64,000 bases of DNA from Malacoraja senta (Eukaryota): NCBI GenBank assembly GCA_038087875.1, contig CM076001.1, forward strand, positions 1,674,001 to 1,738,000. The letters are read 5' to 3'. The notes below the pieces were generated by a model. It was not told where the DNA came from, did not search any database, and worked only from the letters and a program-made list of their open reading frames with translations. Below are positions 23,229 through 37,270 of the stretch, piece by piece (the stretch's first letter is position 1; every line of letters begins with the position of its first letter). The position numbers and the translations under genes are program-made.

Positions 23229-24680
23229 TCTATATACTTATAAAACTCAAAGCTTGTCCTCTTCCGGGTTGTATTTAAACATGCGCAAATACGGTACCAG
23301 ATAACGTTACGACTTTTCGCCACCTTGCTCGCCATTCTCATATGCTGCAAGTGCATCAAGTTTTATTCCGATCGGTGAAGTATTACAAACGTTATTCGTC
23401 TGTCATTTGCCGGGTCGGCGTCGCCCCTTCCGGCATCCGCTGTCAATCACCGACGGCGAGAATAAAGCTGAAGGAGCGGGTTGAGCAGAGTGCGGGTGGG
23501 GTTGTGTTCCGCGGGCGGGGGCTGTGCTCCGCGGGCGGCGGCTGCGCTCCGCGGGCGTCGGCTGCGGCTTCCAGCACGACGAGCCGGGAGCCGTTGAGTG
23601 CAGCCGGGGCTGGGAGCAGCTAAGTGCGAAAGGCGCCGGGGACGGGTGCCGCTGAGTGAGTACGGAGCCTGGTCCTGAATCCGGGGAGTGCGGTCGGAGC
23701 CGGGGCAAGGAGCCGCTGAGGCCACACACCCACCATCCCCCACCCTCACACCCCTCCCCCTTCCACACTCCTCCTCCCACACACACACACCCCCACAGCC
23801 GCTCTCCCCACCACACCCCCAAACCCCTCTCCCACACCCCCCCTTCCCACAACCCCCCACACCCGTGCTCCCCACCACACCCCTCCCACCAGACCCGCCC
23901 ACACCCCCTACACCCCCTCACCCACCTTCTCCCCACCACACACACCGCTCCCGTTATCACACACACCACTCCCACATACACCCCCACTCCCCCACAACCC
24001 CCTTCCCCACACACCCCACCCTCCCCCACACCCCCACACCTTTCTGCCACACACCTCCCCTCCCCCACTCACACACCCTCCCGACACCCCCCCCCCCCGT
24101 CCCCATACCTCCCCACCCACACACACACCCTTCCTCCACAAACACACCCTCCCCAAACACACACCACTCCCATTCCCCCACCCCATCCAACCACCACCTC
24201 CCCCTCCCCCACTCCCCTCCACACACACACCACGCCCCCCCCCCCCCACATACACACACACTCTCCTCACCACACACCCCTCCCTCACACACACACCACT
24301 CCCCTACACAAACAGCCCTCCTCCACAATCCCCTCCCCATTCCCCCCACCTCAATCCCCCACCCCTCCCCCAACACCTCCGCCCCCCACTCCCTCCCCCA
24401 CTTCCCGCACCCGCCCACATCCCCTCCCGCACACCCCCTCCCCCACCCGCCACCCCACACACACTACTCCCCCACCCACCCCCCTCCCACACACACCACC
24501 TCACGCACACACCCCCTCCACCACAACTCACCTCCCCCACACACACCCCTCACCCACACACACCCTCTCCCCCACGAGCCCCTCCCCCACATCATGATGG
24601 AATATTCCATTGGGAATGGGTTGCGTTGGGGGACCAGGCCTCCCTTGTGACTGGGACCCAACGGGTCACACTTGGTCTAG
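23229..24680 (+). mobile_element. Non-autonomous Helitron (1452 bp) inserted in a CR1
   Basis: A|TCTATATACTT 5' end. 3' hairpin GGGACCC-AAC-GGGTCAC then CTTGGTCTAG|T. No TSD. The flanks rejoin as CR1 ctctcaaa/ttgtagatt (compare about 34135-34155). Confidence 0.88.
23720..24595. repeat. C/A-rich low-complexity tract inside the Helitron
   Basis: Directly visible. It is the source of the Pro/His/Thr-rich ORFs. Confidence 0.95.
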
Positions 24681-24970
24681 TTGTAGATTCAAACTCACTA
24701 CCTCCTAATGGCTACTTTACCTTGAGATCTCTTATCAAATCCGTTCATTACACAAAACTAAATCCATAATTGCCTTCTCCTTGGGAGGGTCCAGCACAAG
24801 CTGCCCTAAGAATCCATCTGGGAGGCACTCCACTAACTCCCTTTCTTGGGGTCCAGTACCAACTTGATTTCCCCAGTCTACCTGCCTGTTGAAATCTCCC
24901 ATAACCACAGTAGCATTACCTTTGCGACATGCCAATTCTAACCCTTGATTCAACTTGCGCGTTATATCCA
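24681..24970 (-). mobile_element. CR1 fragment, continuation of the element split by the Helitron, approx.
   Basis: ORF 24735-24953 minus reads VVMGDFN...FLGQLV, the endonuclease region. Confidence 0.85.
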
Positions 24971-25339
24971 GCCACCCTATCCCACTTTAGTTTCGCATCA
25001 CAGACCGACTCGAATTCTCTCCTCCATCATAGCTCACACACACCCTCCCAAACAGCGGCCCGATAGCATAGTTTGGCTTTTGACAAACATTAACCCGCAG
25101 GAGGTTGGATACATTTAGTAATAAAATAACTTAACCGAGTGTTTACATGTTGGTTGAGTCGGACAATGTCCAGTCCGGTTCCTTCTCTGACCTTGGCTTT
25201 GGAGAAGGTCCAGAGGAGGTTTACAAGAATGGTTCGGGGAATTAGTGTGTGAGCTTATGATGAGCGTTTGAAAGCCACGGGCCGCAACTCAGTCCTTTTA
25301 AAGTTGTACACAACTTTAAAAGGTTGAGAGGAGACAATA

Positions 25340-27600
25340 GACAAAAAACAGTAGACAATAGGTGCAGGAGTAGGCCATTCGGCCCTTCGAGCCAGCACCA
25401 GGAGGTTTCCCATTATAAATTCACCTGTCTCTGACTGTAAGTGACCTACATTTGTCTTCACTAATCTTTTCCTTTTTACATACCTAAAGAAAGTTTTACA
25501 GTCAGTTTTCATATTCCCGCAAACTTTTTCTTCCACCTTAATTAACCCCTTTGTCCACCTCTGTTGAGTTCTAAATTTTCCCAGTCCTCGAGCTTGCACT
25601 TCTTCTGGCCAATTTATCTGTCTCTTCCTTGGATTTTTGACTTCCCTCGTCAGGCACGGTTGAGGCGCCTTCCCAGTTTTATTTTTTTGCCAGACAGGGA
25701 TGAAGAATTTCTGGAGTTCATCCATGCGGTCTTTAAATATTTGCAATTGTTTTTCCACTGTCCACACTTTAAGTATAATTTGCCGGACAATCCTAGCTAA
25801 TTCCCGTCTCATACTTTCAAAGTTTCCTTTATTCAAGTTCAGGATCCTAGTCTCTGAATTAACCGTGTCACTCTCCACCCTAATACAGAATACCACCATA
25901 TTATGGTCACTGGTGCCCAAGGGGCTTTGCACAACAAGATCGCTGACTAATCCTTCCTCATTGCACAATACACAAGTCTAGGATGGCCTACCCTCTAGTC
26001 GGTTCCTCTACATATTGGTTTAAAAACCCATCCCGTATGCATGCAGGAAATCCGCCTCCTCTAGCACTGTTACAAATTTGGTTGGCCCAAACTATATCTA
26101 GATTAAAGTCATCCGTGATAACCGCTGTACCTTTTCTACACAACACCACCACAAGTATTTTCTGCACTTGGCTATTTCGCAGTTCTACCCATACCAATTC
26201 TACAGCATCCACGCTAACGTCTCTCCATGCTATTGCATTAATCTCCTCTTTAACCAGCAATACCACCCCACCTCCTCTTCTTTTCTGTCTATCCTTCCTG
26301 AATATTGAATACCCCTGCATATTTAGCTCCTAGCCTTGATCACCCTGGAGCCATGTCGCCGTAATTCCAAATATATCATAACCCTTAGCTACTAACTGCG
26401 CATTCAATTCATCCATCTTATTTCGAATGCTCTCGCATTAAGGCACAAAGCTTTCAGGTTAGTGTTCCTTATCTTCCTTCTACATTTTACTTCTGTCCTC
26501 CTTTTATGGCCATCGGTCTCCTTGCATTGGTTCCCATTCCCCTGCCCTGTTAGTTTAAATTGACCTTTCCTGCACTCTTTCCCATTAGCTGCATGGATAG
26601 GCGTCCACATTGTTGACGCCAATAGACCTCATTGAAACTTACAGAATAATGAAATACATAGATAGAGTGGATATGGAAATGATTTTTTTACTGGCGGGAG
26701 AGTCTAGGACAAGAGATCATGGCCTCAGAATTAAAGGGCGCTCTTTTAAAATGGAGGTCAGGAAGAACACCTGTAGTCAGAGGGTAGTTAATCTGCGGCA
26801 CTCGTTGCCATAGAAGGCTGTGGAGGCCAAGTCAGTGAATATTCTTAAGCCAGAGATAGACAAATTCTCGATTAGAACGTGTGTCAAGGGTAATGTGGAA
26901 ACATACAAACAGAGGAACAAAGTAAAAAACGGCAGAGTAGGCCATTCGACCTTTCGAGCCAATACCACCATTCAATATGATCATGGCTGATCACCCAAAA
27001 TCAGTATCCCGTTCCAGCTTTTTTCCCCATATTGCTTGATTCCGTTAGCCCAAAGAGTGGTATATAACTATCTCTTGAAAACATCAAGTGAATTGGGCTC
27101 TACCGCCTTCTGTGGCAGAGAATTCCACTGAATCACAACTATCCGGGTGAAAAGATGTTTTCTTCATCTCAATCCTAAATGGCCTCACCCTTATTCTTAA
27201 AATGTGACCCATGTTTCTGGACTCCCCCAACATCGGGGGGGAAATTCCTGCCACTAGCCTGTCCAATCCTTTAACAATTCTTTATTTTCTATGATTGCCT
27301 CACATCCTTCTCAATTCCAGTGAACACAAGTCCATTTGACCAATTCTTTCATCCGATGTCAAACCCGCCATCCCGGGATTTCACCCTTTGAACGTACCCT
27401 GCATTCCCACAATGGCAAGAATGTGCTTCCTCGGTTTAGGAGACAACACTGTACACAATAATCCAGATGTGGTCTCACCAGGGCCCTGTACAAATGCAGT
27501 GGAACCTCCTTCCTCCTATACCCAAACCTCTCGCTCTGAAGTCAGGAAAATGGGATGAGGAGACAGAGATTAGACGTGATTGAATGGCGGAATAGACTCG
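25340..27600. mobile_element. CR1 fragments including the endonuclease region, approx.
   Basis: Minus ORFs 25255-25968 (PLGTSDHN) and 25988-26320 (GGGVVLLVKE...DFN). Confidence 0.85.
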
Positions 27601-28031
27601 ATGGTCCGAATGGCGTAATTCTACTCCTGTAACTTTAGAACGTGGACTTTTACAAAGTGAAATGTCCTCCTCCGTGAAAAGCAATGAAGCCTTAGGTAAT
27701 TCTGTCAATATTGTGTCCGTACTCTCTCTTTCTATTTAATCTCACATGTTTTGCACTTTATTTCGCTCTATCTAACTTCGCTCTTGGAAATATCCGCAGC
27801 TACGAACTGTCAGATAACTTAGATTTGCACTATTCCATCATAAACCTGTATGTCTTCACTTCTAATTAGGTAACACACGTGTGCAGATGACTGCCATAAT
27901 GTGTTTGTTCAAGTAGCTGTAACTAATTATTATGATGTTATTGCTCTCGAGATTGCTATCTGGACTAAATATAAGGGCAGCGATGCCTCCATAAGAGATT
28001 GCAACTCGCCATTTGATTGTTCTCCAGGAAA

Positions 28032-28101
28032 ATGCATGCGCCTGGAAATGGACCTGTCTTCGCCGTTTATTATTCAACTCTTGCTACTTTCGGTGTTCCA
28101 G
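28032..28101 (+). CDS. GPCR-3 exon 1 (MHAPGNGPVFAVYYSTLATFGVP)
   Basis: ATG at 28032, 70 nt, CCAG|gtaaaa donor. Confidence 0.92.
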
Positions 28102-29027
28102 GTAAAATGTGACTGAACTTGGGTCAAGGAGAGATTATTGGTATCATATCTTGTGTCTTTTTCGTTTTTTGTTATTTATGTGGCGTTTCTTTACAAATTA
28201 TGCAAAAATCACATTTATCGATTGTTTATTATCTGTTGTGTTTGTGGAAAATATCAACTTAATCAAGTCTCGAAACGCAGGGGATATGCTCATGTTTTTA
28301 CGAGCACAGTTTGGTCTACCAGATGTGTTGTGAGTTCGTATTGCTTTATATTTTTTCACGAGTAATCATTGCAGCGCAATCAGATCATAAGATAGCCTGA
28401 AATGCATGGATTACTTGCCTACTTTGGCGTTCGCCCAACTTATTACGACACATCCCATAGACACATCCCATAGAGGGCGCCGTTGCACAATGAGCTACTT
28501 TGTATTATAGATAAGCCCCAGTTCCGCCATTCTCACGAGCGCCAGCACTACTTTTTTTCCCTATCTGTTTCACCCCCACGATAAATGCGTCTTCTGCCGT
28601 ACTCCCGGCAGTGATAATACTGATTTATTCTTCGTTTCTACCGGTGTCTATCAAACCTTTTTTTGTTATTTTGTCATTCAGAATGATCTCTCCCATGTAC
28701 GCCTTACTCTCACCACTTTCATGTTTAACTACGGAACTCGGCAGCACCAAAAAACATGTCTAACGCGTCATTCTCCCTCTAACCAATATGTGTTCAAATT
28801 CGTGAAAATATCGCAGTTCTGGTTCAGGTGGCCATGAGCTCGTATTCTGTCAGCGACCGTTACGGTTTGCGTCGCTCCCTTCTTCGGATAAATTACTGAC
28901 AATAACGCTATTGTAGTATGAACTTTCAAATAGCCCGCGTGCCCGGGTAAACGTTACATGGACGCAGAGAATAATCATTGGGATCACTCCACGAGTCGTA
29001 TCCAATATTCTATTCCGCAAGACACAT

Positions 29028-29270
29028 GTCAAAAGTCAAGTCAAGTCACATTTATTTACATATCGCATTTAAAAAACAACTCTCGTTGGCCAAAGTGCTT
29101 TACATTTGTTATAAGAATAGTATAAACAAACAAACTACATACATATATACATATAGCCCTCGTTCAGAGGACGTCAAGAAAGGCTTGGGAGTATAGATAA
29201 GTTTTTAGTCTTGACTTAAAGGAGTCGATGGAGGGGGCAGTTCTGATGGGAAGGGGGATGCTGTTCCACA
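29028..29270 (-). mobile_element. L2-type LINE 3' end in the GPCR-3 intron, approx.
   Basis: (GTCAA)n tail and caaagtgctttac motif. Absent from the GPCR-2 intron. Confidence 0.6.
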
Positions 29271-29669
29271 GTCTAGGACCTGCAACCGCAAAGGCGCGGT
29301 CACCCCTGCAGGGTATATTGTGAACCTTTCATTGTATGTTATTCGAATTGCATGCTTTGATGTCTAATGCATCCACTGCTTATAATTTGTTCGTTTGATG
29401 TGTTAAGTGATACAGGGGATCTCAAATAAACTATAACTATTGATATGAACAAAAAATGTATTATTTAATTGTAATCACAACCACTCGCGTGTGCATGGAG
29501 CGGTCATTTTAAAGGATAAAGCGAGCGGATTTAATCTGATAATCTAATTTCACGCCTGTTTCCCGATAATGTAACAGGGGTGCCAAATCATTACTGTTCT
29601 CTCTGACAATCTTTCACCCCACCCCACCCACTCTCCCTCTCTCCCTGTCGCTCTCTCTCTCTCCCACAG

Positions 29670-30586
29670 CTAACTTGGTGACGATTGTGATTCTCTCGCA
29701 AGGAAGATGCGGTCTTTCCAAATGCATCACTCGCTACCTGGTGTTTATGGCGGTGGCGGATTTCCTGGTCATTGTGACTACCGTTATCTTAAGCCGACTG
29801 CGGGTTATTTACTTCAACTCCAGTTTGCTGTCCGCCACCCCGGCGTGCAGTCTCATTATTGTGCTCAGCTGGGTTTCCAAAGACGCTTCCGTCTGGTTCA
29901 CGGTCGCGTTCACCTTCGATCGGTTCATCGCCATTTGTTGCCAGAAAGTGAAGCTAAGATATTGTACAGAGAAAGTCGCGGCGGTCGTCATGGGAACCGT
30001 CTGCCTGCTCGGCATTTTGAAAAACGTCCCTCTGTATTTTATATATGAGCCCCTCTACATCATGGATAACGTTCCTTGGTACTGCATCATAAGGGAGATC
30101 TATTATACTTCCGTTGGGTGGAGATTCTGTGATTGGCTGCACCGCATTTTAAACCCTTGTCTCCCGTTCGTTCTGATCTCCCTGCTAAACGCCTTCACTA
30201 TCAAACATATCCTTGCAGCCAGCGCAGCACGCAAGAGGCTCCGCTCCCAAAACCAGGGAGATAAACAAAGCGACCCGGAGATGGAGAGCAGGAGACGGTC
30301 TATCATTTTACTCATGGCGATCTCGGGTACCTTTCTCCTGTTGAAACTGACCTACATTGTAAATTTCCTTTTCGTCCAAATTTCAAGCAAGATCTACGCC
30401 ACGAACACTAATTCCTATGATCCAAAGTTTATTCTGCAGGAAAGCGGACACATGTTGGATCTTCTCAGTTCCTGCACCAACTCGTGTATCTATGCAGGGA
30501 CGCAGACAAAATTTAGACAGCAGTTGAAGATTGCGGTCAATTACCCTGTCAAAGTAATGAGCAAATGTATCAGAGAGCGATCATAG
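29670..30586 (+). CDS. GPCR-3 exon 2: GPR139/GPR142-like receptor, intact (328 aa total)
   Basis: ccacag|CT AAC TTG acceptor and an open frame to TAG at 30586. Motifs AFTFDRF, PWYC, NPCLPF, CTNSCIY. Confidence 0.94.
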
Positions 30587-31906
30587 GAGCATTCTGCCCC
30601 GCTTTCCAATAGTATCGCGGAATTGTTAGTCGCATCGGAACCGTGTATATGCTGATAATTTAATTTATCGCCCATAACGTTAATGTTTGCTCTCCGTGAA
30701 CTATAACAATGCTTGCTGACGATTATAGGAATCAGGTAGTTGTAAGACTTCCAGTGTAAAATAAGCAAAACTGAGTTGTGCGGAGCAAATTCCCAATGTC
30801 ATTCCCAAATACATCGTAATGACACGTTCATTAGGACATAATAACATTGGTTAGATATTGACCTCTGGTCGACATAATAATTCCCAACACCCCTTATTGA
30901 AACAGAGATGATGTGTTTTTTACACTAGTCTAATCCTAATTTTGTAAAGAGAACCCTTTTACGGTGCAGCGGTCCTAGGTATTTTACGAACTTTGTCGTG
31001 GCTCAAAAAGTACAATAGGAGGGAGAATGTTGCAAAGGGAGCAGTACTAACTGAATAGCACACTGGAAACTTAGGCATATGCACTGTAATGCTTTCTTTC
31101 TCCGTCGTCCTGTCGGGAAGCAACACATTTAGTCAACGAATTGCGATATAAATAAGGGGCTTCAAGTATTGCGTTTATTGATGTCTAATCAGTCGGAAAA
31201 AATAAATGCTTGAAAGAAAATATATTGTCACTTCATCTTATTATAGGACATATTATTGGTGTAAACTAAATTCACCTGCCTGCACATCATCCATCACCCT
31301 CCATTCCCTGAATATGAATTTGTCTAAAAAAAGGCTCTGAAATGACGCTATCATATCTACCTCCACCGCCACCCCTGGCAGGGCATTCCACACAGCCAAC
31401 ACTATCTGCGTAAAAATGTGTCCCTCTCGTCTTCAAGTTGTGGCCTCTATTCTTTGACATTTCAATCCAGGGAATAATATTCTATTTTTATATATTCTTG
31501 CTCATTGCACCATCCGCCCGCAGCATCCCTCCCCATGAGAACTCGCTGCTCTAATTTCCAGACCAGGCGACAAAACCGCAGTTTCTTCGTTTGTCCTAAC
31601 TGACAAAGTCTTCCACCGCCTTTTCTGCAACCGCACCTCCAACGTATTTTTTTCTGCCATTGCTTCGCTTCTCAACGGGTCCCCAGTTAAGAAACCTCTC
31701 GTGTTCTACCTTTCATTGAGACAGGCGGTCTGATATTCATGAACCCTTTGTCGCAGGTAATCGATGTAATCGCCGGTGATCGATGAACTATGATTATATA
31801 TCAAACCGAAAGTGGTGAAAAACTGATTGGAAATAAAATATTTCGCGTGTGGGCTGTGAGGAAAGATTCCTACGTGGTAGTGCTCGGTTTCATACCACCT
31901 CCTTTG

Positions 31907-34520
31907 ACAATAGACAATAGACAATAGGTGCAGGAGTAGGCCATTCTGCCTTTCGAGCCAGCACCGCCATTCAATGTGATCATGGCTGATCATCCCCAAT
32001 CAGTACCCTGTTCCCGCCTTCTCCCCATATCCCCTGACTCCGCTAACTTTAAGAGGCCTACCTAGCTCTCTCTTGAAATGGTTCCAGAGAACCGACCGCC
32101 ACCGCCCTCTGAGGCAGAGAATTCCACAGAATCACAACTCTCCGTGAGAAAAAGTTTTTCCTCGTCTCAGTTCTAAGTGGCTTACCACTTATTCTTAAAC
32201 TGTGGCCCCTGGATCTGGACTCCCCCAACATCGGGAACATGCTTCCTGCCTCTAGCGTGTCCAAACCCTTAATAATCTTATACGTTTCATTAAGATCTCC
32301 TCTCATCCTTTTGAACTCCCGCGTATACAAGCCCAGCCGCTCCATTCTCTCAGCATATGACAGTCCCGCCATCCCGGGAATTAACCTTGTAAACATACGC
32401 TGCAGTCCCTCAATAGCAAGAAAGTCCTTCCACAAATTAGGGAACAAAAACTGCATACAATACTTCAGGTGTGGTCTCATTAGTCCCCTTTACAATTATA
32501 GAAGCACCTCTTTGCTCCGATACTCAACTTCTCTTGTTATAAAGGCCAACATGCCATTCGCTTTCTACACTGCCTGCTGTATCTGCATGCCTACTTTCAT
32601 TAACTGATGAACAAGGACCCCCAGACCCGTTTCCTTCCATTTTCTCAACTTGATACCATTTAGATAGTAATCTGCCTTCCTGTTTTTTTACTACCAAAGT
32701 GGATAACCTCTCATGTATCCACATTAAACTGCATCTGCCATGCATCTGCCCACTCACCCAACCTGTCCAAGTCACGCTGCATTCTCATAGCATCCTCCTC
32801 ACAGTTCACACTGCCACCCAGCTTTGTGTCATCTGCAAATTTGCTAATGTTACTTTGAATTCCATCATCTAAATCATTGATGTACATTGTAAATAGCTGC
32901 GGTCCCAGCACCGAGCCTTGTGGTACACCGCTAGTCACTGCCTGACATTTTGAAAGGAACACGTTAAACCCTACTCTTTCTTTCCTGTCAGCCAACCAAT
33001 TTTCTATCCATGTCAGCACTCTAACCCCAATACCATGTGTCATAATTTTGCCCACTAATCACCTATGTGGGACCTTATCAAATGCTTTCTGAAAGTCCAG
33101 GTACACTAACTCCACTGGCTCTCCCTTGTCCATTACCCTAGTGGCATCCTCAAAAAATTCCTGAAGATTAGTCAAGCATGATTTCTCCTTCGTAAATCCA
33201 TGCTGACTCGGACCGATCCTGTTACTGCTATCGAATGTGCCGCTATTTCATTTTATATAATTGACTCCAGCCTCTTCCCCTTCACCGATGTCAGTCTAAC
33301 TGGTCTATAAATCTCTGTTTTCTCCCACCCGCCTCTCTTAAAAAGTGGGATAACATTAGCTACACTCCAATCCACAGGAACTGATCCTGAATATATAGAA
33401 CATTGGAAAATTGTCACCAATGCATCCACAAATTCACTTCCTTATGTACCCTGGAATGTAGACACTCGGGCCATGTGGTTTGATCAGCCTTCAGTCCCAT
33501 CAGTCTAGCCAGCACAATTTCATGCCTAGTGTGGATTTCCTTCAGTTCCTCCGTCACCCCAGATTCTATCGCCACTAGTACACCAGGAAGATTGTTTGTG
33601 TCCACCTTAGTGAATACGGATCGAACGTACCTGATCAACACATCTTCCATTTCCTTGTTCCCCATAATAGATTCACCTTTTTCGGTCTTCAACATTGGTC
33701 CTAACTATTTTTTTCCTCTTCACATACCAAAGTAAGTTTATACTATCCTCCTTTATATACTTGGCTAGCTTCGTACCTCATCTTTTTCCCCGTATTGCCT
33801 ATTTAGTTATTTTCTCTTGCTCTTTAAACATTACCCAATCATCTTGTTTCCCGCTCATCTTTGCTACGTTGTACTTCTTCTCTTTTATATTTATACTGTC
33901 CCTGACGTCCCTTGTCAGCCACGGTCGCCCCTTACTCCCGTTGGAAACTGTCTTCCTCTTTGGAACGAACTGATCCTGCACCTTCTGTATTATTCCCAGA
34001 TATACCTGCCATGGTTGTTCCACTGTCATCCCTGCTATGGTATCTTTCCGGTCAACTTTAGCCAGCTCCTCCCTCATGGCTCCATCGTCCACTTTATTCA
34101 ACTGTAACACTGACACCTCCGATTTACCCTTCTCCCTCTCCAAATGTAGATTAAACTTGACTATATTATGGTCACTACGTCCAAATGGCTCCTTAACCTC
34201 AAGTTCCTTTATCAAATCCGTTTAATTAAATAACACTAAATCCAGCATTGCCTTCTCCCTGGTAGGCTCCAATACAAGCTTCTCTAAGAACCCACCATGG
34301 AGGCACTCCATAAACTCCCATTCTTGCGGTCCAGTACCAAGCTGATTATCGCAGTCCACCTGCATGTTAAAATCTCCCATAAGAACCGTACCTTTACCTT
34401 TACTACATGCGAATTTTAACTCCCGATTCAACTCGCAGCCTATATGTTGACTACTGTTTGGGGGCCTGTAGATGTCCCATTAGGGTCTTTTGACCCTTAC
34501 AATTCCTTAGTTCTATCCCT
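31907..34520 (-). mobile_element. Long CR1 ORF2 relic, approx.
   Basis: Successive minus ORFs cover endonuclease (MGDFN, GRSDHN), RT ([14 protein letters not shown]) and the 3' tail. Confidence 0.9.
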
Positions 34521-34529
34521 ATCTATTGC

Positions 34530-35650
34530 ATTGTTGTTGCTTTTTAATAATAATAATAATAATAATGAATCCTTTATTTCGAACATACTAAAAAATAAAA
34601 AGCAAGTATGAAACAGCATACAAAAAACCCCACAAAAAAAAAGAATATTTATAAAGTGTCATAAACAATATTTATAAATAAATGAATCGTATGTGTCCGA
34701 AAGGGAGCAGGAAGAAGCCAAAACGTATTCCCACCCCTTAATATTCGTATCATTCGCAAATATAATCAATTTCTGTATATTTGATACTCTACATATGTCA
34801 TTAATGTATATTGTGAAAAGCTTTGGACCTAACACAGATCCTTGAGGTACTCCACAAATTATGTTCATGTAAGTTGATTTTTGTTCACCTATTTCTACAA
34901 ATTGTCGCCTGTTTCTTCAATAGCTTCTCACCCAATCCAATCCAACCCCTCTGATGCCATACCTATCCAGTTTCATGAGTAAAATATCGTAATTTACAGT
35001 ATCAAATGCTTTTTTTAAGTCTATGAATATACACACTGCAAGCTTTTTATTATCTATGCAATTTGTGATTTCCTCGATTAGTACCATAGATGTTGGTCTG
35101 TCTGTCCGGAATTCATATTGACTGTCGACCAAAAGCTTATGTTTTTCTATTAAATTGTCAAGTCTTTCTGGAAAAAGTTTTTCAAGGATCTTTTGAATTG
35201 GGGGAGTAAAGAAACAGGCCCGTAATTTAGCGAAATGGTGTCTGTCCCCAGTTTTATATAATGGTATTACTTTTGCTATTTTCATTTTGTTCGGAAATTT
35301 ACCAGATTGAAAAGACAAGTTATAGATATGTGTTAATGGTTCTGCAATATCTTCAATAACGTTTATTTTATTATAATCATATCACTATCAATCAATGGAG
35401 GATTTGCTTTTACATTTTCTTACAGTGTCTATGATTTATTTTCCTTCGACTGCTCTAAGGAAGATAGAGCTAGTATTTCTATCACAAAGATCAGTATCCG
35501 CCCCTTCTTTTGTTTCTGGGTCATTAATTTTTTCTGCCAAATCTGGTCCCACATTTACAAAGATTTTGTTAAAACCAATAACGGCATCATCCATATTATT
35601 TATTATTTTGCCTTTCACAATAAAATACTCTGATATTTTATCATAGTATT
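34530..35650 (-). mobile_element. L2/Crack-type LINE RT fragment, approx.
   Basis: KMKIAKVIPLYK...FIDLKKAFDTVN...GIRGV and [12 protein letters not shown]...ANDTN. Confidence 0.85.
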
Positions 35651-35659
35651 ATTTCTTAC

Positions 35660-36585
35660 ATAAAGCTGGGTGGCAGTGTGAACTGTGGAAAGGATGTTCG
35701 GAGGTTGCAGGGTGACTTGGACAGGTTGAGTGAGTGGGCAGATGCGTGGCAGATGCAGTATTATATAGATAAATGTGAGGTTATCCACTTTGGAGGCAAA
35801 TACAAGGGGGCAGATTATTATCTCAATGGGGTTAGGTTAGGTAAGGGGGGGTGCAGCGAGCCCTGGGCGTCCTTGTACACCGGTCACTGAAAGCTGGCTT
35901 GCAGGTACAGCAGGCAGTGAAGAAAGCTAATGGAATGATGGCCTTCATAACAAGAGGGTTTCAGTATAGGAGTAAAGAGGTTCTTCTGCAGTTGTATAGG
36001 GCTCTGGTGAGACCACATCTGGAGAATTGTTACAGTTTTGGTCTCCTAATTTGAGGAAGGGCATCCTTGTGATTGAGGCAATGCAGCGTAGGTTCACGAG
36101 ATTGGTCCCTGGGAAGGCGAGACTGTCATATGAGGAACGATTGAAAAGACTAGGCTTGTATTCACTGGAGTTTAGAAGGATGAGGGGGAATCTTATAGAA
36201 ACATATAAAATTATAAAAGGACTGGACAAGCTAGACGCAGGAAAAATGTTCGCAATGTTGGGCGAGTCCAGAACCAGGGGCCACAGTCTTAGAATTAAGG
36301 GGAGGTCATTTAAGACTGAGGTGAGAAAATCTTTTTCACCCAGAGAGTTATGAATTTATGGAATTCCCTGCCACAAAGGGCAGTGGAGGCCAAGTCACTG
36401 GATGGATTTAAGAGAGCGTTAGATGGAGCTCTAGGGGCTAGAGGAATCAAGGGATATGGGGAGAAGGCATGCACGGGTTATTGATAGTGGACGATCAGCC
36501 ATGATCACAATGAATGGCGGTGCAGGCTCGAAGGGCCGAATTGCCTCCTCCTGCACCTATTTTCGATGTTTCTATGTTTCTATGT
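35660..36585 (+). mobile_element. CR1 3' portion, approx.
   Basis: ORFs 35678-36353 with RT C-terminal motifs. (TTCTATGT)n tail. Confidence 0.9.
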
Positions 36586-36599
36586 CTGGTAATTTTAGG

Positions 36600-37270
36600 A
36601 TATAAATCCATACTGTACATAGTATTCATGAATTATACTGTCATTTTGTGTTTTTGTGCTAGTATTGAAATCGCTCGACATGCTGACGGGGGAGGTTTCT
36701 GTTGTTAGACAACAGCAGGAAACCATCATGAGAATAGTGGAGGAAGTTAAAGCCCTGAGGCTACACAATTCCGACAAGGACAAGCAGATTACGTTGCTGG
36801 GGAACCGAGTGGCTGATCTGGAGCAGGACACCAGAATGAACGATATCATTGTCACTGGTCTGGAGACGAAACCCTGCTCATATGCACGGGCGGTGACAAC
36901 GCGGGACGAAGGGGAGATGAGCGAGCAGGACGCTGCATCTGTGGAGCAACAGGTGACGGCGTTCCTCCACTCAAAAGGGATTGAGTTGCACAGGGACAAC
37001 ATCGAGGGTTGTCACCCGCTCTCACGGAGAGGCAAGACGGATAAGCCCAGCCATAATAATTCGGTTTGCTAACAGGAAACGCAAAACTGAACTGCTGAAA
37101 CAGGGAAGACGGCTGAAGGGCTCGGATGTGTATATGAATGAACACCTAACAAAGAAAAATGCTGACATGGCCAGAAAGGCCCGACTTCCGAGAAGGCAGA
37201 AGAAAATTCAATAACATGGACTGCAAATTGCAAAATATTCATCAAGGTGAACGGAACACCAGAACAAGCC
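36600..37270 (+). mobile_element. LINE ORF1 relic (coiled coil plus RRM-like region, L2/Crack type), approx.
   Basis: ORFs 36656-37214: RVADLEQ.TR.NDIIVTGL...CHPL...IIIRFANRK...VYMNEHLT. Confidence 0.75.

Noticed and set aside
23403-24650. Pro/His/Thr-rich and Gly/Val-rich ORFs up to 320 aa (mucin- or extensin-like)
   Set aside because: C/A-rich low-complexity interior of the Helitron, open in most frames by composition alone.
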